NCBI GenBank assembly: GCA_046485065.1
Contig: JAWOHP010000108.1
Location: 992 to 64,991 of the forward strand
Length of the DNA: 64,000 bases
Reading direction: 5' to 3'
Origin: Desulfobacterales bacterium
GTDB lineage: Bacteria; Desulfobacterota; Desulfobacteria; Desulfobacterales; RPRI01
Positions 57,325-64,000 of the stretch are shown here, piece after piece (position 1 is the stretch's first letter; each line of letters starts with the position of its first letter). The notes under the pieces are model-generated. The model was not told the DNA's origin and did no database searches. It worked only from the letters and a program-made list of their open reading frames with translations. The position numbers and the translations under genes were made by a program.

Positions 57325-58293
57325 CTAAAAAAGAGCATTGACGAAAACCTCTGGGTCAAAATCTTGAAGGTCGTCAATGCCTTCACCTATCCCGATATAC
57401 TGAATAGGTAATTTAAAGGTGTTGCATATACTGACGACAATTCCGCCTTTTGCCGTTCCGTCCAGTTTTGTAAGCGCTATACCTGTAATTCCAAGCGCCT
57501 CGTTAAAGAGTTTAGCCTGTGATATCGAATTCTGGCCGGTTGTGGCATCAAGGACTAGAAGTATTTCATGTGGCGCATCCGGCATTTTTTTTGAAATTGA
57601 ACGTTTTATTTTTTTAAGCTCTTCCATCAAGTTTGTTTTTGTATGAAGTCTGCCGGCGGTATCGACTATAACCACATCTATATTCCTTGCTGAAGCTGCT
57701 TCGATTCCGTCATATGCTACAGCTGCAGGATCGGATTTGTCTTTGTGTTTTACAATTTCGGCTCCGGCTCTCTCCGCCCATATAGTAAGCTGTTCAACTG
57801 CTGCAGCACGGAAAGTGTCTGCTGCTGCGATAAGCACCTTGTTCCCAGAAGCGGCAAATTTTGTTGCAAGCTTTCCTATGGTCGTAGTTTTGCCGACACC
57901 GTTGACTCCAACGACCATAATTACATGTGGCCGGCTGACCGACGCCTTAAGCCGAGAAGTGTTGCTGTCAAAAAGACTCATTATTTCATTTTTCAGAATA
58001 TCCTTGATTTGATCCGGTCCCGAGATTTCGGAAGATATTTTGGATATGCATTGTATGAGATCATTGGCAGTCTGAACACCGATGTCGGACGTTATAAGAA
58101 GCTCTTCGAGCTCTTCCAGCAGGTTATCGTCAATATGTTTTTTCCCTGAAAAAATCTTTTCAATCCCTCCTGAAAAGATATCCCGGGTTTTTGAAAGGCG
58201 TTCTCTAAGGCGTTTAAAGTAGTTTAATGAACCTGATGAATTATCGGTTGCCTCTTTTAAATCATTTTTTCTTTTAAACCATCCGAATTTCAT
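57325..58293 (-). CDS. ftsY: Signal recognition particle receptor FtsY
   Basis: GVNGVGKTTTIGKLA, DTAGRLH, ..LTKLDGTAKGG... Confidence 0.95.
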   Translation of the reverse strand: MKFGWFKRKNDLKEATDNSSGSLNYFKRLRERLSKTRDIFSGGIEKIFSGKKHIDDNLLEELEELLITSDIGVQTANDLIQCISKISSEISGPDQIKDILKNEIMSLFDSNTSRLKASVSRPHVIMVVGVNGVGKTTTIGKLATKFAASGNKVLIAAADTFRAAAVEQLTIWAERAGAEIVKHKDKSDPAAVAYDGIEAASARNIDVVIVDTAGRLHTKTNLMEELKKIKRSISKKMPDAPHEILLVLDATTGQNSISQAKLFNEALGITGIALTKLDGTAKGGIVVSICNTFKLPIQYIGIGEGIDDLQDFDPEVFVNALF

Positions 58294-58330
58294 TTTTGTC
58301 TCCAGACATCATCATCAATACAAGCCTCCA

Positions 58331-61300
58331 CTATATATCCCCCTTCATCCTTTCAAGGTTGACCGAAACAATCTTTGAAACACCCATGTGTTCCATTGTT
58401 ATTCCAAATAGCATATCAGCAAATTCCATGCTGTTTTTATTGTGAGTAATCATTATAATTTGAGATTTATCGCCTATGATTTTCAGAAGGTTATTGAACC
58501 TGTAAACATTAGAGTCATCAAGAGGTGCGTCTATTTCATCCATCACACAAAAAGAGGCCGGTTTCAGCAGGAATATCGCAAATACAAATACTATGGCGGC
58601 AAGAGCTTTTTCTCCACCTGAAAGAAGGCTCATCCTTGTCAGTTTTTTGCCGGGCGGATGAATCATATATTCGACTCCTGTTTCAAGAGGCTTGTCGGGT
58701 TCGGTCAGAATAAGATTGGCCGTGCCTCCTTCAAAAAGGGTTGGGAAGACTTCCCCAATTTTCTTATTAACTTCATTGAATGTGTTTAAAAATCTTTCCT
58801 GTGATATTTTATTTATTTTTTTTATGACCTTGTGGAGGTCTTCAATAGCTTTGACAAGGTCATCGCGCTGCCTGGAGAGGAAATCGAAGCGTTCTTTGAG
58901 TTGTTCGTATTCCTTTATCGCGCCAAGGTTAACATCTGTAAAATCTCCAATTTTCTTTCTGCACCTTTCCAGCTCTTCTTCCATCTCGGTAATGGCAGGA
59001 GTATCAAAGGCGAAATCAGTTATAGACCCTGCTTCCGAAAGAAGGCTCTGATAGCGTTCCTCAAAACGCTTGGAAATGTTTTCCCTCTGTATCTGCCTCT
59101 GGGATTGTTCGATTTCAAGCAGTCTCAATTTTTGCAAAGTCTGCTCACGCTCATTTCTGACATTCGTAATCAGGTTGTCGTGTTCTTTTAGTGTAACATC
59201 TGTGGTGTTGTAATCAGCTTCATTGTTTTCAAGAGCCTTTTTTAATATTGATATTCGGTTGTACATGTCATGAAGAACCTGTTCATTTTCAATAAGCTTT
59301 ATCTTCGATGCTTCAATGTTTCGGGTTTTTTGTGATATTTCCTTAACAAGGATTTGCAAACGGCCTATCCCGTCATTATAATAATCTTTAAGGCGATTGA
59401 GTGAATTGTTCCAGTTTTCTAATCTGGCATTCAGGGTTGTGAGTTTTAATTTAAGATCGACAATTTTCTGATCATAACCGGAAAGTTCGGATGATGCTGA
59501 TTCTATCTTTTCAGAAATTAACGCAACTTTTTTCCTGGCATCTGAAACATCGTTTTCAACTTTAGCCAGAGCGTCATTATATTTTGCGATTTCTTCATCA
59601 ATATCGCTGCGCTCGCCAATAAGCTGTTCCTGTTCGAGTTGCACAATTTCAAGATTATGGCGCGCATGTTTTAAATCTTCAGATATTTTGTAAAGGTATT
59701 TTTCGGCCTCTATCTCATCCTGGACCGCTTCACTTTTCTGTTCCATGAATTTTTGCAGAATTGTTTCGCAAGACCTTACTTCTGCTTCTATCGCTTTTTG
59801 GACAGAACGGGCAGTTTCAAGATTACCATCAATCTCTGATATTAGTTTTTCTATCTCTCTGATTTCATGCTTTTTTGCCAGGATTCCCGAAGAAGCTTCT
59901 TTACTTCCGCCTGCCATGGTACCGTTGTGAGAAATAATCTCACCATTTTTAGTGACAACCGTTTGAAAAGATCCATTAGCGTTGAACAGTTCAATTGCTT
60001 CATTAATATCACCGGAGAAAATAACATGCCCGATAAGGGTTTCTATCGTTTTTTCGTAACCGGCTTTAACCGCCACGTGATTTATCAGCAGTTTCGAAGA
60101 ATCAGGCTTTGAGTAGTGTTCACATTCAAGTTTCTTAAGGGATGGTATTGGAATGAATCCGCTGCGTCCGGTTCCTTCGCATTGCAGATACTCCATCAGG
60201 GATTTACAGGTGTTCTGGTCTTTTACGAGAATATACTGGAGTGATTCTCCAAGGGCAGCCTCTACTGCAATTTCGAAGGAAGGTTCAGGCTCAATAATAT
60301 CAGCCATGAGCCCTATAATACCATCAAAAATGTTGCTTGCAGGCCCGTTCTGGATACTCCGTCTTTTCATTATGGATTTAACGCCGTCTCTATACCACTC
60401 AAAATTATCTTCCATTTTCTTTAAGGTCGTATAATTTGATCTGAGTTTATTTCTATCCATTTCGAGTGTTTGTACCATTTTTACCTGGCTTCCGAGTGAC
60501 TTTCTTTTGTCTGTAAGTCTCTGCTCGGCTGAATTTATTTCTTTTCCGATTTTTTCAAGGTTTTGCCGGCAAGACTCAAGATTCCCTTTTGCGCTAACTT
60601 CCAAACCGGAAGTTACAGTAACTTTATCTGAAGCAACAACCAATTCTTCGTCCGCTCTTTTCAATCTTCTTTTAAGATTTTCCTTGTTGTTTGAAGCGTT
60701 TTGATAGATGTTTTTATATCTTGCTTCATGGGCTACAAGATTCATCATATTCGTTTTGCATGTATCAAGCTCCCTGCTTAGGTTTGACAGTTTGAGTTTT
60801 ATATTTTGATATGTGTTGCGGTCCTGATCGAGTACCAATCGTGTTGAGTTTATTTCACCGTTAACTGAAATAATTTCATTTTCCGTCTGGGATATTTCCG
60901 AAAGAATTTTTGCGCTTCTTTCATCGAGGCCGGTTCGCGCTGTTTCAAGTTCCGAAACTTCCGCGAGAAGCCGTTCAATATCCTTGCGTAGATGTAAAAT
61001 ATCATTTTCGAACCGGTCTGTATTTCTCTGTATTTCAAATATGCTCGATTTCTGGTCGGATATTTCATGATTTTTCAGGGACAACTTTAGCTTTATTTCT
61101 TCTACAACAGCATCAAGTTTCTGCAGTTTCGAAACATGATCAATGTCTGCATCTTTCAGGTCTTTTAATATGGCATCGGTTTCATTAATCTGTCTTGTAA
61201 GTTCATCATGCTGGTGAATGGTAATATGTGTGTCAAGCTTTCTGATGCGATCCTGGACACTTTTATAAATTTCCGCTTTTCTTGCCTGGCGCTTTAATCC

Positions 61301-61918
61301 TGCCATATGCCTGTTGATTTCCGAAATTATATCCGTTACCCGAAGAAGATTCTGGTTTGTTGCTTCAACTTTTTTGAGAGCTTCATTTCTACGACTGTTA
61401 TAACGGGTTATCCCTGCAGCCTCTTCTATGAAGAATCTCCTTTCTTCAGGTCCTGCGTCGATAATTGCGCCAATATTGCCCTGCTGGATTACCGAATATG
61501 ATTTCGGGCCAAGCCCGCTGCCCATGAAAATATTGTGAATATCTTTAAGACGGCAGGGCCTTTTATTTAAATAGTATGCGCTTTCACCTGAACGGTAAAG
61601 GCGTCTTGTCAGCATTATTTCAGTAAAATCTTTTAGCTCTTCCGGTGCGGATCCATTATCGTTTGCAAGCGTGAGAGTCACTTCAGCCATATTCAATGGG
61701 GGTTTTCCGTTTGCACCGGAGAATATGACGTCTTCCATAGATTTCCCGCGGAGTTGTTTGACGCTTTGTTCGCCCATAACCCATCTCAGCGCATCAACAA
61801 TATTGCTCTTGCCGCAGCCATTTGGACCGACTATTGCGCAGATTCCGGGAGGGAACTCTATACTTGCCTTGTCTTGAAAGGATTTAAATCCGCTTATGTC
61901 CAGCGATTTAAGTTTCAT
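58331..61918 (-). CDS. smc: Chromosome segregation protein SMC
   Basis: MKLKSLDISGFKSF..GPNGCGKSNIVDA.RWV.GEQS, long coiled coils, a hinge, and C-terminal LSGGEK...DE.DA.LD. The start is at the ATG at 61918, not the 17-codon extension in the track. Confidence 0.95.
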   Translation of the reverse strand: MKLKSLDISGFKSFQDKASIEFPPGICAIVGPNGCGKSNIVDALRWVMGEQSVKQLRGKSMEDVIFSGANGKPPLNMAEVTLTLANDNGSAPEELKDFTEIMLTRRLYRSGESAYYLNKRPCRLKDIHNIFMGSGLGPKSYSVIQQGNIGAIIDAGPEERRFFIEEAAGITRYNSRRNEALKKVEATNQNLLRVTDIISEINRHMAGLKRQARKAEIYKSVQDRIRKLDTHITIHQHDELTRQINETDAILKDLKDADIDHVSKLQKLDAVVEEIKLKLSLKNHEISDQKSSIFEIQRNTDRFENDILHLRKDIERLLAEVSELETARTGLDERSAKILSEISQTENEIISVNGEINSTRLVLDQDRNTYQNIKLKLSNLSRELDTCKTNMMNLVAHEARYKNIYQNASNNKENLKRRLKRADEELVVASDKVTVTSGLEVSAKGNLESCRQNLEKIGKEINSAEQRLTDKRKSLGSQVKMVQTLEMDRNKLRSNYTTLKKMEDNFEWYRDGVKSIMKRRSIQNGPASNIFDGIIGLMADIIEPEPSFEIAVEAALGESLQYILVKDQNTCKSLMEYLQCEGTGRSGFIPIPSLKKLECEHYSKPDSSKLLINHVAVKAGYEKTIETLIGHVIFSGDINEAIELFNANGSFQTVVTKNGEIISHNGTMAGGSKEASSGILAKKHEIREIEKLISEIDGNLETARSVQKAIEAEVRSCETILQKFMEQKSEAVQDEIEAEKYLYKISEDLKHARHNLEIVQLEQEQLIGERSDIDEEIAKYNDALAKVENDVSDARKKVALISEKIESASSELSGYDQKIVDLKLKLTTLNARLENWNNSLNRLKDYYNDGIGRLQILVKEISQKTRNIEASKIKLIENEQVLHDMYNRISILKKALENNEADYNTTDVTLKEHDNLITNVRNEREQTLQKLRLLEIEQSQRQIQRENISKRFEERYQSLLSEAGSITDFAFDTPAITEMEEELERCRKKIGDFTDVNLGAIKEYEQLKERFDFLSRQRDDLVKAIEDLHKVIKKINKISQERFLNTFNEVNKKIGEVFPTLFEGGTANLILTEPDKPLETGVEYMIHPPGKKLTRMSLLSGGEKALAAIVFVFAIFLLKPASFCVMDEIDAPLDDSNVYRFNNLLKIIGDKSQIIMITHNKNSMEFADMLFGITMEHMGVSKIVSVNLERMKGDI

Positions 61919-62320
61919 ATAAAGACAAACCCTCCTTTTGATTGTTTTAACAATAATACATAGAACCACATAAAATCAAAAACTTCATTATGTAAGAATT
62001 AGATAATACTCTATCGTTTGAACTATAACATATAATAAACAGGTTGTAAAGGAAAAAACACAATGTAGGGTATATTGTGATAATACAGGTACAATATATG
62101 GTGCCTTGTAGCTTTAAACAAGCTAAACTTTAAAAAATATATTATTATCTTTAAATATAGAAAATAGCATAATGTTTAAAAAGGTTTTATTTAATTTATT
62201 AAAATAATGTATAGATAATAATGTCAAATCGTTATAGTAAATTATTAGATTTACGAATAATATAAAAAATCATGTTTGCAGTAACAATTCTTATGCGGAG
62301 CTGAAAAAGGTTAAATAGAC

Positions 62321-62350
62321 TTGACATGAATATTCTCCGGCAGATATGAA
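62321..62350 (+). promoter_or_regulatory. Candidate sigma-70 promoter for pfp
   Basis: TTGACA - 17/18 nt - ATATGA/TATGAA, about 75 nt upstream of the ATG at 62425. Confidence 0.3.
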
Positions 62351-62424
62351 TGACAAAAAATTAAATGTTAATTTTTAACATCAGGTGATTATAAAAATAA
62401 TTTCAAAATGTCGCGGGGTTTTAT

Positions 62425-64000
62425 ATGAAAAGTGATAATTGTATCGATTTTGCTGCCCTTATTGAAAACAATCCTGATATTAAAAAGGCAACAAGCAATG
62501 TTAATCACGAGCTGATTACAAGGAGGAGAAACAAACCTTCAATATGCAAAGTGTTCTTAAATGAATATAACACGTTGAGAGAAACAGACGAATTCATGTT
62601 TAATATTGATAAGGAAGCAAAGAAGCTTTTGCCTGACATAATAAGTAATAAGGTGAAATATGTTGAAGCCATAAGTTCTCCTGAAAGCTCTAGTAAGAAG
62701 AAGTATAATAAACGAAGAAATATTGGCATTGTTTTTTCAGGCGGACCTGCTCCCGGAGGACATAATGTCATATCAGGGCTTTATCATGCGGCAAAAAAGG
62801 CTAATGCTGAAAGCAGCATATTCGGCTTTTTGCTCGGGCCTGACGGGATTATTGAAAATGAATATGTTGAATTAACCGACTGTATTGTTAACGATTATAT
62901 GAACCTTGGTGGATTCGGCATGATAAAGACAGGTCGTGCGAAAATAGATTCTAAAGAGAAAATGCAGCTTTCAAAAGAAACATGTAAAAAACTTAAACTG
63001 GACGCGCTTGTAATTGTAGGAGGTGATGATTCGAACACTAATGCAGCTTTCCTTGCGCAGGAGATGTATAAGGACGGCATACAAATCATAGGGGTTCCAA
63101 AGACGATTGACGGGGATATACAGGTAAGGGATTCAAAAGACAATGCCTTGTGCGCAATTTCTTTTGGATTTCATACTGCAGCACTTGCTTTTGCAAATGC
63201 AATCAGCAATCTTTGCACCGACAGCAGTTCAGATGTTAAATACTGGCATATATGCAAAGTGATGGGAAGGGTTGCAAGCCATCTTGCGCTTGAAGTAGCT
63301 CTTCAAACCCATCCAAATATAACTCTTATAGGGGAAGACCTTGCTGATTATACAGATAAAAGAAGAATTGAGAAAGCAGAAAAGGAGGGAACTACCGATT
63401 ATACGGCTTTTGGAATGACTTTGAGGCATCTGTCCCGGGTAATATGCGATGGAATTGTGCGCAGGGCGGCTGTCGGGAAAAACTACGGAGTAATAGTAAT
63501 TCCTGAAGGAATTCTTGAATTTATAAACGAGATCCAAATTTTTATTATCAAGCTTAATACTATCATTGCACAATATAATTCTACGCATGACAATGATTTT
63601 CACACAAATTTTCCTCTCCTTGAGGATAAACTGGAATATCTGCGGCGACTGGCAAGAGTTTCACGCGAAGAAGGAATATTCACCATATGGAATACAAGGG
63701 ATGATGATTTATTTAATGACATTCCAGCTTTTTTCCAGGAAGGTCTTCTCATGGAAAGGGACAGTCATGGAAATTTTCAGTTTTCCCAGGTTGAAACAGA
63801 CAAGGTACTGATGGGTCTTGTGAAAGACTATCTTGATATCCTTAAGGAAAAAGGCCATTACAAGATAGGAATATCAGGTAAATATTATAGGAAGGCTCTT
63901 GAGAGGGGAAATCTCGATCCTGATATCTTTGGTGCTGCTTTATTTCAGAATTACAAAGACGAATTCCTTATTGTTAAAGAGTCAATTACATCTGTTAAAA
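62425..64000 (+). CDS. pfp: Pyrophosphate-dependent 6-phosphofructokinase, long type (3' partial; not in the ORF track because the frame runs off the window)
   Basis: Own translation from the ATG at 62425: ..IGIVFSGGPAPGGHNVISG.., ..LVIVGGDDSNTNAA.., ..IGVPKTIDGDI.., ..CKVMGR... GGDDS (not GGDGS) indicates the PPi type. Confidence 0.85.
   Translation, partial: MKSDNCIDFAALIENNPDIKKATSNVNHELITRRRNKPSICKVFLNEYNTLRETDEFMFNIDKEAKKLLPDIISNKVKYVEAISSPESSSKKKYNKRRNIGIVFSGGPAPGGHNVISGLYHAAKKANAESSIFGFLLGPDGIIENEYVELTDCIVNDYMNLGGFGMIKTGRAKIDSKEKMQLSKETCKKLKLDALVIVGGDDSNTNAAFLAQEMYKDGIQIIGVPKTIDGDIQVRDSKDNALCAISFGFHTAALAFANAISNLCTDSSSDVKYWHICKVMGRVASHLALEVALQTHPNITLIGEDLADYTDKRRIEKAEKEGTTDYTAFGMTLRHLSRVICDGIVRRAAVGKNYGVIVIPEGILEFINEIQIFIIKLNTIIAQYNSTHDNDFHTNFPLLEDKLEYLRRLARVSREEGIFTIWNTRDDDLFNDIPAFFQEGLLMERDSHGNFQFSQVETDKVLMGLVKDYLDILKEKGHYKIGISGKYYRKALERGNLDPDIFGAALFQNYKDEFLIVKESITSVK

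Noticed and set aside
61970-62424. Replication origin hypothesis for the AT-rich smc/pfp spacer.
   Set aside because: No cluster of DnaA boxes is present (only one imperfect TGTGATAA), and no dnaA/dnaN/gidA-type neighbours are nearby.

Overview
This is a chromosomal segment from a moderately AT-rich anaerobe. The gene content fits a Desulfobacterales-type deltaproteobacterium with Wood-Ljungdahl/Hdr-type energy metabolism, but that assignment is inferred from gene content only. No tools were run, so all family assignments rest on motifs read in the supplied translations.

**Layout**
- 1-25.3 kb: accessory redox and regulatory genes.
  - A partial Pat-like acetyltransferase and a MASE1 hybrid kinase.
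  - A NuoE/DRTGG/NuoF/RnfB::GltD/RseC cluster.
  - A KamA-like radical SAM gene, a QueG-like Fe-S gene, a ZIP transporter and an AbiEii-type nucleotidyltransferase pair.
  - A flavodoxin gene followed by a PLP decarboxylase, and an orphan MetF.
  - Two tandem Cys-rich GcvH-fold genes behind a near-consensus sigma-54 promoter.
  - An archaemetzincin/NtrC-type response regulator/soluble histidine kinase operon.
- 25.7-35.4 kb: a cluster of giant HdrA-type protein (HdrL-like), MvhD, MetV, MetF, REC-only regulator, HdrD-like protein and Mrp.
- 35.5-64 kb: a second sigma-54 two-component system, IHF, a small AT-rich islet next to tRNA-Thr(CGU), then housekeeping genes (mfd, two SurA-like genes, rodZ-like, mgtE, recO, a GHMP kinase, glyQS, a nucleoside phosphorylase, ligA, acyP, hupB, ftsY, smc, and a 3' partial PPi-PFK).

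**Main second-look items**
1. Three in-frame TGA codons sit at conserved Cys positions (HdrA-like, MvhD-like, HdrD-like). Each splits a gene in the ORF track, and they are best read as selenocysteine.
2. The Sec-dependent HdrL-MvhD-MetVF-HdrD module looks like a rearranged Moorella-type methylene-THF reductase with a fused NAD(P)H module.
3. A Stn/Bfu-like NuoEF module is paired with a membrane-anchored RnfB::GltD fusion and RseC.
4. Two paralogous GcvH-fold proteins lack the lipoyl lysine and each carry two C-x12-C-x5-C-x2-C modules. They are apparently sigma-54 driven.
5. At least five families of small intergenic repeats are present. One sits immediately after the stop codons of five genes and interrupts putative operons.

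Several track ORF starts were moved to internal start codons with better Shine-Dalgarno context.
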